Source: a phage. From it: a DNA stretch of 64,000 nt. The DNA is taken from the sequence record PZ496580.1. The stretch is one strand, 5' to 3'. Under the pieces are notes generated by a model. The model was not told where the DNA came from. It saw only the letters and a list, made by a program, of their open reading frames with translations, and did not search any database. A program made the translations under genes and the position numbers. Positions 18,026 to 27,863 of this stretch are shown here, piece after piece. Positions within the stretch are counted from its first letter, which is position 1. Each line of letters starts with the position of its first letter.

Positions 18026-20134
18026 TTAAAATTTAACATTCTTAACCAGTTTCATAAAGTCTTGTGCGCGTTTGTCGTTATGCAGAATACGATACCAGTT
18101 ATCTACAATATCATACAGTAACGGGCTATTCTCTTTAAACTTCGCACAAACTGCTTTAATTCGTTCGTTTGCTGCCGTGAATTTTTCGTCACAGATCTTT
18201 TTAGTTTCTTCGTCCATAATCCAACGAGTACGAAGGAGTAACTTGGAAACCTCTTTATTATAATGACGACCGTACAGTCTGTCAACAAATTCTGGAATAC
18301 AGCGTTCTAATTCATCGTCATGATACAACATAGTGATCACACCCAGATATTCGCCATACCCCAGATGATTGGTCTTAACCTTCTTAGCCAGACCAGCCAG
18401 CTTACCGCGAACAAATTCTAGCGCACATTCCAATTGTTCGTCAACGAGATATTTTTGTGTCTCATTACGGGTAATAATATACTTTGTTACCCCGAAGTAG
18501 TCAAGCGCCGTGTGTAATGTATTTTCATTATAGATCGATTGACGGCTACGGCTTTCGAATGCATCACCCACGCGGAACATGTGCAAGCCTGATAACTCGC
18601 GAATCTCTGCCGCTTTCATGTGATGGCTGGTTTTATGCCAACTGTCACCAATCTTTTCCATAATATACACGTTAGGTAGCTTAGGAGTCGCTTCACGCTG
18701 TGTACGTTCGGTCTTCTCCGGTTTAACTGCTTTAGCACGCAGATCATCGGCCTCAGATACCTTAATCACGGTCATTTCAGATTCATCATAATACTGTTTG
18801 ATGTACTCGAAAGTCTCCATATGTTTTTCGTTGCGCTGACGGAACACCAGTACCTTTTTATTGATGCCGTATTCCTGGACCATGCCGTTAAGAGTCAGTG
18901 CACGCAGTTTCGGTTTATCGGTATCATCAATAAGACACGTAATATCTTCTTTATGCATCCATACAAAATGCGTAATGTTGTATTGACTGCTAACGAAAGC
19001 AGGGCGCAATTTACTGATTGTGTGTCGAGTACGATACAGAGTATACACTTGACCTTCTACGTCATTAGGCGAATCTTTACCAGCATTAACAAACTTATTA
19101 TAGATTTCTACCGGATCATCCCATTGTCCGATCTTACCCATCTTGCTAATAATATTGCGTTGAGTCGATGAATACTCGCTCATAAATTGCGCAAGTTTAC
19201 GCTCTGTTTTAATGTTGGCGATCTTCTCTTTGACCTTTTCCAACATCATTTCATTGATTTCTGCAATACGTTTTTCGATGTTCGCTTTAGTCTCAATTGA
19301 CAAGTGAACTTCTTCACGCGATGGCATCAGGTCCAGATCACCCAAATCAAAATTAATGTAAATGGTCTGGTGCTGACGGTTTACAGCTTCTAACCATGTT
19401 CCGCGAACGTATTCATACGGGATCGGATACTGGATCTTACCCATGATTGCATATACTACATAGGAATCGTTATCACGCCCATTACAAACATAATAATTAT
19501 CAAAGCTAGGGAAATAATTAATTTCGATTGCATTGATATTAGGTTTGTGTTCCCCAAAATGACGCAGTACAAATTGTGCTTCTCTATGCCATGTCTGAAT
19601 ATCTTTCTCTTTCACTGGAATAGTGATTTTCAGACCATTGTCTTCATAGGTCGGTTCGTCGAAAATCTGCACCATTTTCGGCATAGAGTTTTGCACAAAT
19701 GCCGTAAAGCCATAAGCGCGACCATTGTAATAGTTTACGATTGTAAAGGTGTCGGTATAGCTATAAGCAGACTTCGCACCCAAACCAAAAGATCCGATAT
19801 AATCATTAGTTTGGTCTTTTGTTGATTCAAAGTAAACCGTAAACAGTTGTTCTAATTCTTTCTTAGACGGAATACCAGTACCATAATCACGCACAGAAAA
19901 ATACGGTTCGATTGCAGTCGGTAAATGAATATCAAACGGACGATCTAAGGTTCCGGCTTCTTTGTGGGTGTCGGTAGCATTACATGAATACTCACGGACG
20001 CAAGCACGCTCACAATATTGATAAGTGTTCTTAGAAAGCACCATAAAAGCCTTGCTACTTGCTTTCAGAGAAAAATCAACCGCACCGCTCAAGTCACTGC
20101 CAAATACTTCTTCATTATCAATATGCATTTTCAT
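18026..20134 (-). CDS. rIIA: rIIA protein (702 aa), GHKL/HATPase-like N-domain
   Basis: RDYGTGIP and GSFGLGAKS ATPase motifs; size close to T4 rIIA (725 aa); directly upstream of rIIB. Confidence 0.9.
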   Translation of the reverse strand: MKMHIDNEEVFGSDLSGAVDFSLKASSKAFMVLSKNTYQYCERACVREYSCNATDTHKEAGTLDRPFDIHLPTAIEPYFSVRDYGTGIPSKKELEQLFTVYFESTKDQTNDYIGSFGLGAKSAYSYTDTFTIVNYYNGRAYGFTAFVQNSMPKMVQIFDEPTYEDNGLKITIPVKEKDIQTWHREAQFVLRHFGEHKPNINAIEINYFPSFDNYYVCNGRDNDSYVVYAIMGKIQYPIPYEYVRGTWLEAVNRQHQTIYINFDLGDLDLMPSREEVHLSIETKANIEKRIAEINEMMLEKVKEKIANIKTERKLAQFMSEYSSTQRNIISKMGKIGQWDDPVEIYNKFVNAGKDSPNDVEGQVYTLYRTRHTISKLRPAFVSSQYNITHFVWMHKEDITCLIDDTDKPKLRALTLNGMVQEYGINKKVLVFRQRNEKHMETFEYIKQYYDESEMTVIKVSEADDLRAKAVKPEKTERTQREATPKLPNVYIMEKIGDSWHKTSHHMKAAEIRELSGLHMFRVGDAFESRSRQSIYNENTLHTALDYFGVTKYIITRNETQKYLVDEQLECALEFVRGKLAGLAKKVKTNHLGYGEYLGVITMLYHDDELERCIPEFVDRLYGRHYNKEVSKLLLRTRWIMDEETKKICDEKFTAANERIKAVCAKFKENSPLLYDIVDNWYRILHNDKRAQDFMKLVKNVKF

Positions 20135-20148
20135 AATATAATCCTCAC

Positions 20149-20406
20149 TTAATTAAAATCTTCTTTTTCCATCTCTGCGTAGATTACATCCCACGCCCAT
20201 AAATCAATAAACGCATTATATGTTATGGTGCAATCGTTATCAATCACTTCTTTCGCATATTTCTTGATGTTTTCGTAGGAAACTTGCGGATTAATTTTGT
20301 TCTTCCGAAGGTGCGCATATTCATACCTCAAACATTTCATAAACAGGTCCATCGATTTCTTTTCTCGATGACACTTGGCGATCATAAAATCAAAACTTCG
20401 ACTCAT
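20149..20406 (-). CDS. Hypothetical protein (85 aa), rIIA.1 position
   Basis: ORF between rIIA and gene 39. Confidence 0.5.
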   Translation of the reverse strand: MSRSFDFMIAKCHREKKSMDLFMKCLRYEYAHLRKNKINPQVSYENIKKYAKEVIDNDCTITYNAFIDLWAWDVIYAEMEKEDFN

Positions 20407-20417
20407 TTTTCTACTCC

Positions 20418-20612
20418 TTATACATTTTCAATTACCCATTGCAGATGGGCTTCTGCGTCAACCAGTTCAGCGCGGCTTTTCTCTAAGCACTTGCTGTATT
20501 CTTTACGTTCCCAATCAGCAATTTCGTTTTTCAGGACTTCTTCATAGTAAGCAATTACGCCTTTCAGGTCTGAAACTTTACGGCTTGCCAATTCGATGTA
20601 ATGGTTACGCAT
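20418..20612 (-). CDS. Hypothetical protein (64 aa)
   Basis: ORF with promoter cassette upstream. Confidence 0.45.
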   Translation of the reverse strand: MRNHYIELASRKVSDLKGVIAYYEEVLKNEIADWERKEYSKCLEKSRAELVDAEAHLQWVIENV

Positions 20613-20650
20613 TTTGATTCTCCTAAGTGGTATCTCGTTTCGATGGGGAC

Positions 20651-20679
20651 ATTATGATATATCCCCGATCCAGTGTCAA
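20651..20679 (-). promoter_or_regulatory. sigma70-type early promoter (TTGACA-N17-CATAAT)
   Basis: Plus tgtcaa at 20674-20679; GGGGA..TCCCC inverted repeat spans the spacer. Confidence 0.5.
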
Positions 20680-20687
20680 CAACTTTT

Positions 20688-20987
20688 TTAATCTTTTTTC
20701 AGTGCGTCCATTACTCGCTCTGCGATCAGTTCTCGTAAGCACTGATAACCATGATATTTGATGGCAATGTCACGCAGATCATTAACCAGTTCCCGTACTT
20801 CATGGTCTTTCAGATCGTCTCTGTATTTCGATTTAATCGTATCTTTAGGTTGATTGCGGATAACCTGAAAACCTTGTTCTGCAATCACTGCGGCTTCTCG
20901 CTGGCGTTCATGCTGTACTGTATTTTTGATCAGGTTTGCTTCCATGAACTTTGCCATACTCATCATCATGTTATTCTTTTTGCTCAT
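20688..20987 (-). CDS. Hypothetical protein (99 aa)
   Basis: ORF downstream of gene 39. Confidence 0.5.
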   Translation of the reverse strand: MSKKNNMMMSMAKFMEANLIKNTVQHERQREAAVIAEQGFQVIRNQPKDTIKSKYRDDLKDHEVRELVNDLRDIAIKYHGYQCLRELIAERVMDALKKD

Positions 20988-21022
20988 CGTTAAATCCTCA
21001 TAAAAAGAAAAGGGAGACTCCC

Positions 21023-21050
21023 ATTATAGAGAATCTCCCTTGTATGTCAA
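21023..21050 (-). promoter_or_regulatory. sigma70-type early promoter (TTGACA-N16-TATAAT) flanked by GGGAGA..TCTCCC inverted repeat
   Basis: Minus cacTTGACAtacaagggagattctcTATAATgggagtctccc. Confidence 0.55.
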
Positions 21051-21053
21051 GTG

Positions 21054-22877
21054 TTATGATTGCATCCAAATTTTGCGTTGATCTGCATCTTCACTATAGA
21101 GCAAATCGAATAGCTCTTTATAGTTTTCCGGCAACGTGATGATCTCCATTACAGGATCGTTGATCACGCGATGATAGTCTGATTCTGTGAGCGATGCTAA
21201 ACCTTTGATATATCGAATGTTGTAACCTTTGATATTATCGCGATCGTTCTCAAAATCTTCTAGGTCATAATACCATCGAACATCATCACCTTTCTTTGGT
21301 TCCGCAATGATAATAGGTGTTTTGATAAACCGGATTCGACCATCTTCGAACAATTCAGGCCAACGTGCAAAGAAAGAGATCAGACTAGGCTTAATAGACC
21401 CGATCCCGTCAGTATCAGCGTCTGTCATAATCGCAATATTTTTGTATTGCATAACTTCCAATGCATCAACACCAAATTGCAAGCCAGTGATCGCCATGAT
21501 GTTAAAAATTTCGGCGTTCTTAACGATCTTTGCCTCCGGTTGTTCCCACGTTGTAAGAGTTTTGCCTCGCAACGGGAAACCGCCATGTAAATCTTGATCA
21601 CGTACAGAGATCAGATAGTTGATCGCGGAATCACCTTCCGTCAAAAACAGGGTAGTTTCTGCGTCAGTTCCAATAAGGTTAGCTTTAACGTGCTTTGCTA
21701 CCTTAGCCCGTTTTGCTGCCTTTGCTGCCTTAGTCGCTGCCGCTTTATCTGCTGCCTCTTTGCGTGCCAGGACTACAGCAATAATAGGCATGATAATGTT
21801 TTCTTTCTTCGCAATGATTTTAGCCAGTTTTTTAAAATCCAGATCAATGTGTCGCTTGATATCACCAGTTGGATTAGTCAAGCGTTCTTTTGTCTGTGAA
21901 TCAAAACGAAGGTTAGGCAATTCACGAACAATAAGAATACAGGTCAATCCAGACTTAACCGCAGCTTTAGTAACATCAACCTTATATTCTTTCTTGATTC
22001 GTTTTACAATCTCTTCACAAAGATCATCTGTCACGTAGTCTACGTGTGTTCCCCCGTTTTTGGTAAACAGACCATTAGCAAAGGATACTGATTTAAAACC
22101 TTCTCCCTCGACCGCAGGAACTAGGGCAAGTGAAAAGTTTTTATCTTCAATGACAAACGGATCATCATTGTATAGTTTAGCATAATCCTTGAACTTACTA
22201 ACAATACGTTTACCATTAAACTTAAACGTGATCTTAGGAAAGATTACGCTCAATGATTGCAGACGATCATGAACAATATCTAAAACAGAGTTGTCCATCA
22301 TATAACCTTCGAAGTGGTCGAAGTCTGGGCAAAATGTAACCTTTGTTCCCTTCAATTTTGATGGTTTCGATGACCATGTGATATTTTCAGCACCATTTGT
22401 ACACTGTACGGTCATTTCTGTTTCACCGTCACATGTCACACCAGTAAACCAATCGCTAAAGAAATTTGACAACGACGACCCTACACCGTTCATCCCTTGC
22501 GTTAATCGATTGGTATCATCAAAGTTAGACCCTGCTTTTGTTCGTGTCCATGCGGCTACAGGTTGCGGAATCTGCGTACCCTCTGGGGTAGTGACCATAT
22601 GTTGAGGAATACCGCGACCATTGTCTGTTACCGTAACAATATTGTTTTGGATATCGACGCTAATCACATTGGCAAATTCAAAATTAGTGCGAATCGCCTC
22701 GTCTACAGAGTTGTCGATGATCTCATCAATGATTTTAACCAGTCCGGGAACGTATGAAATTTTTGTCCACTTACCGAACAGGAAACGTTGATGTTCTTCG
22801 TATGTAGTTGACCCTATGTACATCCCAGCACGCTTAAGGACATGTTCACGATCAGATAAAATGCGGAACTCACTCAT
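21054..22877 (-). CDS. 39: DNA topoisomerase II large subunit, fused gp39+gp60 form (GyrB-like, 607 aa)
   Basis: N-terminal GMYIGST...DEIIDNSVDEA...DNGRGIP ATPase motifs and TOPRIM region; length equals fused 39/60 of T2-type phages (T4 has split 39 + 60). Confidence 0.9.
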   Translation of the reverse strand: MSEFRILSDREHVLKRAGMYIGSTTYEEHQRFLFGKWTKISYVPGLVKIIDEIIDNSVDEAIRTNFEFANVISVDIQNNIVTVTDNGRGIPQHMVTTPEGTQIPQPVAAWTRTKAGSNFDDTNRLTQGMNGVGSSLSNFFSDWFTGVTCDGETEMTVQCTNGAENITWSSKPSKLKGTKVTFCPDFDHFEGYMMDNSVLDIVHDRLQSLSVIFPKITFKFNGKRIVSKFKDYAKLYNDDPFVIEDKNFSLALVPAVEGEGFKSVSFANGLFTKNGGTHVDYVTDDLCEEIVKRIKKEYKVDVTKAAVKSGLTCILIVRELPNLRFDSQTKERLTNPTGDIKRHIDLDFKKLAKIIAKKENIIMPIIAVVLARKEAADKAAATKAAKAAKRAKVAKHVKANLIGTDAETTLFLTEGDSAINYLISVRDQDLHGGFPLRGKTLTTWEQPEAKIVKNAEIFNIMAITGLQFGVDALEVMQYKNIAIMTDADTDGIGSIKPSLISFFARWPELFEDGRIRFIKTPIIIAEPKKGDDVRWYYDLEDFENDRDNIKGYNIRYIKGLASLTESDYHRVINDPVMEIITLPENYKELFDLLYSEDADQRKIWMQS

Positions 22878-22980
22878 TATTAAACCTCTTCATAACATAA
22901 CCATAACTTACTGCAACCGCCACAAAGACGGCTGCAACAATCATATTAAAAATTGAGTGATTGTCAAGTATATGACTCAT
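22870..22980 (-). CDS. Small single-TM peptide ORF (36 aa)
   Basis: Not in ORF track. ATG overlaps the upstream stop (ATGA); stop overlaps the gp39 start. MSHILDNHSIFNMIVAAVFVAVAVSYGYVMKRFNNE. Confidence 0.35.
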   Translation of the reverse strand: MSHILDNHSIFNMIVAAVFVAVAVSYGYVMKRFNNE

Positions 22981-23150
22981 GACACGCGCACATTTTTATC
23001 GTAATACCCGCCATTAATCCCGCGCGGGGCAGTCAATCCCTGTTTGCATTCTTTACCACATTCAGGGCATTCTGCCTTTTCACGCTCGGAAATTTTGCGG
23101 ATTTTCTGAAATTGACCGTGTTCTTCACAAGAATAATCATATAATGGCAT
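22977..23150 (-). CDS. FmdB-family zinc-ribbon protein (57 aa from ATG at 23150; track start 23231)
   Basis: MPLYDYSCEEHGQF...CPECG is the FmdB/CxxC-x17-CxxC zinc-ribbon signature; SD AGGGGA before 23150. Confidence 0.6.
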   Translation of the reverse strand: MPLYDYSCEEHGQFQKIRKISEREKAECPECGKECKQGLTAPRGINGGYYDKNVRVS

Positions 23151-23151
23151 A

Positions 23152-23820
23152 TTATCCCCTTTGTTTCTTAACTGAATTTGGATCTGGATTTTCTGGCAAG
23201 TCTTCCAGACCCATAGCATAACGTTGTGCATAGATTAGCATAAGAATATCGCGAGCGCAATCATGAATTGCATCATGCGCGATAAATCCGTCTAGCGTAC
23301 CCATTGGTAACGGGCATTCACACATACCACGATGCATCAATGTACGCTCAATGGCGGTGCGAACATCTCGGATGTTCCAGAATCGCACAGGTTCAAGGCT
23401 GAACGTCTCTCGTGTATTGTGTGCACGTCGAATCATATCAACTAGTAACGGAATATCAAACGCATTACCGCGTGACCACATTACGGATTTAACCGGATCT
23501 ACTCCTACGGATTCACAGAATGCGTTAAAACGCGCTAAACCTTCTTTAGTTGATACTTCCGTACCATTTGTGATTAATTGCTTTCTCATGCCTTCTGAGG
23601 CGGTATTCTTCCACCATTCAACCACACCATGATCAAACACTCTTACACCTTTCTGGGAAGGAATATCAAATTTTACCAGAAAGGAATTGTCAACCAGTTC
23701 TTTAAATGTAGGTGGATTGTGCGGATCTTCTTTAAATCCGATTGCCGCCATATTGATAACCGCCCCATCAGGCGGATAACCTAAACTTTCAAAGTCAATC
23801 ATTAAATCCACTGGAAGCAT
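23152..23820 (-). CDS. dexA: Exonuclease A DexA (DnaQ-like 3'-5' exonuclease; 222 aa from ATG at 23820)
   Basis: DFESLG exo I-type motif and HDAIHD exo III-type motif; size close to T4 DexA (227 aa); SD GGAGGA before ATG at 23820. Confidence 0.75.
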   Translation of the reverse strand: MLPVDLMIDFESLGYPPDGAVINMAAIGFKEDPHNPPTFKELVDNSFLVKFDIPSQKGVRVFDHGVVEWWKNTASEGMRKQLITNGTEVSTKEGLARFNAFCESVGVDPVKSVMWSRGNAFDIPLLVDMIRRAHNTRETFSLEPVRFWNIRDVRTAIERTLMHRGMCECPLPMGTLDGFIAHDAIHDCARDILMLIYAQRYAMGLEDLPENPDPNSVKKQRG

Positions 23821-23821
23821 T

Positions 23822-24064
23822 TTAAATATCCTCCGCGATATGCCGGAACAACTCCAGATCGTTTTTATCCAGAATGAAACCGCTACAATCAATAATCCCT
23901 TTACCGTAATTATCGGTTAACAGTCGGTCCGTTGCCATGTATGCGCGTACTTTGTTGTTAAAATTCATTACATGTTGTGCATAGTCACAATGAATCTTTT
24001 GACGGTTCCACGCGACAATTGATTGTAGATGTATTACATTAGCCATATCATTAATAACAACCAT
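23822..24064 (-). CDS. Hypothetical protein (80 aa)
   Basis: ORF between dda and dexA. Confidence 0.5.
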   Translation of the reverse strand: MVVINDMANVIHLQSIVAWNRQKIHCDYAQHVMNFNNKVRAYMATDRLLTDNYGKGIIDCSGFILDKNDLELFRHIAEDI

Positions 24065-24065
24065 A

Positions 24066-24233
24066 TCAAAACCCTCGCTTAGTGAAATGCTCGATCATTT
24101 TATTGATACATGCAGCTTCACTATCGCCGGACACATTCCAGCCATATAGACCCCATCTAAAACACATGGTAACAGTTCCATTGTGACGGCTTACCGTCAC
24201 ATCATTAAATTCTGGGATACTTCGCATAATCAT
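24066..24233 (-). CDS. Small hypothetical protein (55 aa)
   Basis: Not in ORF track. SD AGGAAA before ATG; stop abuts the next start. Confidence 0.4.
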   Translation of the reverse strand: MIMRSIPEFNDVTVSRHNGTVTMCFRWGLYGWNVSGDSEAACINKMIEHFTKRGF

Positions 24234-24243
24234 AATAATTTCC

Positions 24244-25635
24244 TCAAATATAGTCTACTCGATACCGCGCACGGGTAACACCCACATATAATAACTGCAT
24301 TGCCAATTCAAAGTCAACATTGTCTGTACACATGCAAGGAGTATACAGGAACACGCGGTCTACGCTGATCCCTTGTGACTTATGAATGGTGCAAGCTGGT
24401 AATGCTTTTACATTCAAGAACATACGTTTCATCGTCCAGAAGGAATCCCAATCTGGTTTAAATTTTGGATTCTCTTTCTTCATTTCGCGATATTGTCCGG
24501 CGACCGTATTCAGATAGATAGAGAAAATGTTCTTCTGACGTTGTTCTGTCAGAATGTTGATTTCTACTAAATCCGGTTTATCTGTAGTGATTCCGACTGC
24601 ATCTAAACCAACTTTCTGATTTAGGATTTCTTTGTCTTCGTCATCATCGACGCTTTCCACTTTCAGAGTATAGCCTAAAACTGGTTGCGGATCTACCCCC
24701 GTGCAACGTAATGTAAATTCACGCGGGATGACCTCTTTAACTCGGATCATCTCACCATTGTTAAAAATAACATTGGGAATCTTCTTCCCGCGTTCATCTC
24801 GCAGATATTCGATCAATGGTTCCTGAGTAACCAGAATTTCATCTATAATCACTGGTTCATCGGTGTTATAAACGCGCTTACGTACAATTTCATTGAGTTT
24901 TTCGACGCTCTTGTTAGTGTAGGCCAGAATACGGTTTTCTAGAAGGTCTTCCGGCGTTTTAACGGTTTCGAAATAATGCTTCATAAACTCCGGCAGAGTT
25001 GAGCTATGGAATACACCCTCGTTACCGCACTGCTTTTCGAATACCCATTTACCATTACGAACAGCGGTCGCCACATCAATGATCGGTGCATTAGATCGTT
25101 TAATTTCTGTCAACTCCACGTTTTGAAAATTTTCATCCGTGAAGAAAGGAGAAATTGACGTTGCACCACTCGGATCAACTGGTCGTAACTGGTGCGGATC
25201 GCCAACTGCAATAACAACAATTCGACCGTTGATACTCTTCATGAGAATATCAAATAGTTTCTTATCGACCATACTCGCTTCATCAACAATGATGATCTGA
25301 ACATCATCTAGTTTAGGAGTATCTTTTTGCTCAAATACTTGAGTATCTTCATAGTTGGTCGGGTTAAGACGCAATAAAGCATGTAAAGTAAATGCTTGAC
25401 GACCTACCGCTTTACTCAAAACTTTTTTAGCCTGGTGGGTAGGCGTTGCCAAAACCACACCAGTCACACCCCGGCGGACCATTTCCTGAACAATGAATTT
25501 CATCATTGCGGTTTTACCAGTACCAGCCGCACCACGGACAGTTGTATGCTTCTTTTGTTCAATGCGTTTCATTAGAACATCAAAAGCATGTTTTTGTCCG
25601 TCTGTCAACATATCGAAAGTTAATACTCTGCTCAT
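24244..25635 (-). CDS. dda: Dda SF1 DNA helicase (463 aa)
   Basis: GAAGTGKT, ATPTHQAKK and DEASM motifs; C-terminal LLYVGVTRARYRVDYI matches remembered T4 Dda (QLLYVGVTRGRYDVFYV). Confidence 0.9.
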   Translation of the reverse strand: MSRVLTFDMLTDGQKHAFDVLMKRIEQKKHTTVRGAAGTGKTAMMKFIVQEMVRRGVTGVVLATPTHQAKKVLSKAVGRQAFTLHALLRLNPTNYEDTQVFEQKDTPKLDDVQIIIVDEASMVDKKLFDILMKSINGRIVVIAVGDPHQLRPVDPSGATSISPFFTDENFQNVELTEIKRSNAPIIDVATAVRNGKWVFEKQCGNEGVFHSSTLPEFMKHYFETVKTPEDLLENRILAYTNKSVEKLNEIVRKRVYNTDEPVIIDEILVTQEPLIEYLRDERGKKIPNVIFNNGEMIRVKEVIPREFTLRCTGVDPQPVLGYTLKVESVDDDEDKEILNQKVGLDAVGITTDKPDLVEINILTEQRQKNIFSIYLNTVAGQYREMKKENPKFKPDWDSFWTMKRMFLNVKALPACTIHKSQGISVDRVFLYTPCMCTDNVDFELAMQLLYVGVTRARYRVDYI

Positions 25636-25949
25636 TATCCTAAAATCCTCACCTTGCGAACACAGATAGTATTGAGTTCTCGCCGTACCCGTTCTTTTTC
25701 ATATTCAGGAATTTTGTATTCTATACCATCCCGAACAATTTCAGAAGATCGGATTATACCAAATTTTCGTTTAGGCACAACCTTGTATTTCGGTTCACCT
25801 GCCAATAGACTCTCACAATAATCTATCTGATCACACATTGACGCTAACGCTGCATCATGTGTTTCGCAAGTTAGGACGCGACCCTTCGCGTCCACTGAGT
25901 ATTGAAAGAATCCGTCTTTATCACGATAACATACAGCAAATACATGCAT
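25635..25949 (-). CDS. Hypothetical protein (104 aa)
   Basis: ORF, ATGA overlap with dda. Confidence 0.5.
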   Translation of the reverse strand: MHVFAVCYRDKDGFFQYSVDAKGRVLTCETHDAALASMCDQIDYCESLLAGEPKYKVVPKRKFGIIRSSEIVRDGIEYKIPEYEKERVRRELNTICVRKVRILG

Positions 25950-26704
25950 TATAAACCTACCTTCGCTTTCATCAATTCAATCCACGACGCATCAATCGGA
26001 AGCCCGTATTTCACGCGTTCTTTTTGTGCTGGCGTTAAGTTCTCATACTTAGAAAGAGATTCAATCAAAACGCTGGTATATTTTAGCACGATTTCGGTAT
26101 TGTTTGCAATAGCCTTAAGTTTTTCTTCTTTCTTGTTGATTTCGCTAAGGGCTTGCTTGAGATCTGCAATTTTCTGATAACGTTCTTCCATACGGAAGAG
26201 AGTATTTTTAATCGCTCGCTCGGCTGCCTCTGCTTTCTCCGGTTCGTTGTGCTTTTTGTGGCGCTCGATTGCTAATTTCTTTTCTTCGATTGCCATTTCC
26301 TGATTTTTGATGCGATTCTCGTTAAGTTCGATCCACTCGATGTACTTCGCACGTAGGGCAATTTCATCATCAGAAAGTTTACCGTTAGTTCCTAGTTCCT
26401 GGATCTCTTTAAGAGATTCGATAGTGTGATTGCCACGGAAAGAATTGTATTTCAGTTTAACCGGAATTACATTGCCATCAACATATCCCAGATTGCAATC
26501 AATGCGCTCTAAGGAGAGTCCGTCATCACCTTCACCGAAAGCCTCACCTGAATAGGCGCAATGAGTCTGACGGTAAATGTTACGCACAGTGACTAAGCTC
26601 ATAGAGAAGTCTTTGTTGCGACGTGAAGCGCCAGCCATGATAGAGTTCAGACGGAAAACAACCAGCGCCAATTCTTCGTTAGATTTAAAAGCAAACAGTT
26701 TCAT
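25949..26704 (-). CDS. Hypothetical protein (251 aa) with coiled-coil C-terminal half; srd/mod region by position
   Basis: Located between dda and gene 56 where T4 carries srd/modA/modB; no motif recognised. Confidence 0.5.
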   Translation of the reverse strand: MKLFAFKSNEELALVVFRLNSIMAGASRRNKDFSMSLVTVRNIYRQTHCAYSGEAFGEGDDGLSLERIDCNLGYVDGNVIPVKLKYNSFRGNHTIESLKEIQELGTNGKLSDDEIALRAKYIEWIELNENRIKNQEMAIEEKKLAIERHKKHNEPEKAEAAERAIKNTLFRMEERYQKIADLKQALSEINKKEEKLKAIANNTEIVLKYTSVLIESLSKYENLTPAQKERVKYGLPIDASWIELMKAKVGL

Positions 26705-26732
26705 AATTGATTCTCCTTAGTTGGTATGTGTG

Positions 26733-26762
26733 TATTATTGTCTATCTGGTTTGTGCTGTCAA
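26733..26762 (-). promoter_or_regulatory. sigma70-type early promoter (TTGACA, weak -10) with conserved 5'UTR
   Basis: Plus tgtcaa at 26757-26762; UTR ACACATACCAACTAAGGAGAATCAATT-ATG is nearly identical to the one at 63153. Confidence 0.4.
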
Positions 26763-26765
26763 CAC

Positions 26766-27269
26766 TTAAATTAAAGAAAATTTGTAAATCTCTATCAGAT
26801 CGCCGTTACATGCGTAAACTTCCTCGATCTCATCAAGGATCATGGTCGTCCCTGTCTTGTATATGCACTCGCGCTCATCCGCCAACATAGCATACAAAGA
26901 CAGTCGAGTAGTCGGATTGTCATACTCTTTAGACACCACTCGATCAATAGCATGTTCGTAATAATTCATGCAAGGCTTGGTAGGTTTTATTGCAATAATC
27001 TTTCCTGTTGCATAAACATCGGTTGCAAAGTCCTCTGCTGTTGATTGCAGTGGCGTAAAGCTCATAGGACGCTCTACAACGAAAGAATCACCTACAATTA
27101 AGGTATCCAGCTTACGGCCTTCTCTTTTGCTCACACCGCGATACAAGGCTTCATGATGCACTAACCGTTCAGTCTTTTCAATCAATCCATTAAGGATCGA
27201 CATATCGATATTTTCTTTAGAGTTCATCACTTCATCAATGATGTTAAGTTCTTCTGGTGTAAATTGCAT
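26766..27269 (-). CDS. Hypothetical protein (167 aa)
   Basis: ORF downstream of gene 56. Confidence 0.5.
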   Translation of the reverse strand: MQFTPEELNIIDEVMNSKENIDMSILNGLIEKTERLVHHEALYRGVSKREGRKLDTLIVGDSFVVERPMSFTPLQSTAEDFATDVYATGKIIAIKPTKPCMNYYEHAIDRVVSKEYDNPTTRLSLYAMLADERECIYKTGTTMILDEIEEVYACNGDLIEIYKFSLI

Positions 27270-27302
27270 AATAAAAAAGCCTCCAATCTTTCGACGGGAG
27301 GC

Positions 27303-27331
27303 ATAATAAAACCATTATAGAGTAGTGTCAA
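27303..27331 (-). promoter_or_regulatory. Promoter (TTGACA-N17-TATTAT) overlapping a terminator-like hairpin (27273-27302)
   Basis: GCCTCC-N12-GGAGGC hairpin plus TTTTTTATT between the -10 and the downstream ATG. Confidence 0.5.
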
Positions 27332-27338
27332 CTAATTT

Positions 27339-27863
27339 TTAGTAGCCGCGTTCTTGACGGGCGAAGTTTTCAGCATTTTTCAGATAGTACAGCTTGAAGA
27401 TATCCTTAGCGGTTAAACCTAAGCCCAGCATTTTAATCAGCACAAAATGCCAGATATCGATCAATTCCATCGCAATTTCGGTTTTATCGTCATCTGACAG
27501 ATCAGCAAATTTACGCGCTCGTGCTTCGCCGTGGTTCTTCTTCCACACTTTAGTAATTGCGCTTGCATCTTTGCCATTTGACATGCCACCCAGGGCAACA
27601 TAAAGTTCTCGTGTCTCGTCGTCGATTGCGTCATCCCACAACTTCATCCAGTCAAGGATCTCCCCGCAAGTTTCCAGCTTATCAGGATGCGGCACCCACT
27701 CAAATTTATCAGCTAGTGCGACCTGTAAGCCTTTTTGCATATCTAACATTACTTGCAGCGGATCTTTGCCGCTAGTGATTGCCTCGGAATACGCAATACC
27801 AGCTTTAGACATAGTTTCGTCGCTAACCAGACCAGCACAAGAATTAAATTCTGACATATTCAC
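27339..27863 (-). CDS. 56: dCTP/dUTP pyrophosphatase gp56 (MazG-like, 174 aa)
   Basis: KDPLQVMLDMQ and C-terminal FKLYYLKNAENFARQERGY match remembered T4 gp56. Confidence 0.8.
   Translation of the reverse strand: MNMSEFNSCAGLVSDETMSKAGIAYSEAITSGKDPLQVMLDMQKGLQVALADKFEWVPHPDKLETCGEILDWMKLWDDAIDDETRELYVALGGMSNGKDASAITKVWKKNHGEARARKFADLSDDDKTEIAMELIDIWHFVLIKMLGLGLTAKDIFKLYYLKNAENFARQERGY

Noticed and set aside
21054-22877. Gene 60 translational bypass element (as in T4)
   Set aside because: Topoisomerase large subunit is a single 607-aa fused ORF; there is no separate gene 60 or 50-nt coding gap.
26766-27269. ModA/ModB-like ADP-ribosyltransferase assignment for the 167-aa ORF
   Set aside because: Only vague R...S...E spacing; no confident motif match from sequence alone, so left as hypothetical.
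27326-27343. Apparent TTGACA-N6-TATAAT promoter
   Set aside because: A 6-bp spacer is incompatible with sigma70; the functional -10 is more likely the TATTAT 17 bp downstream (27303-27308).
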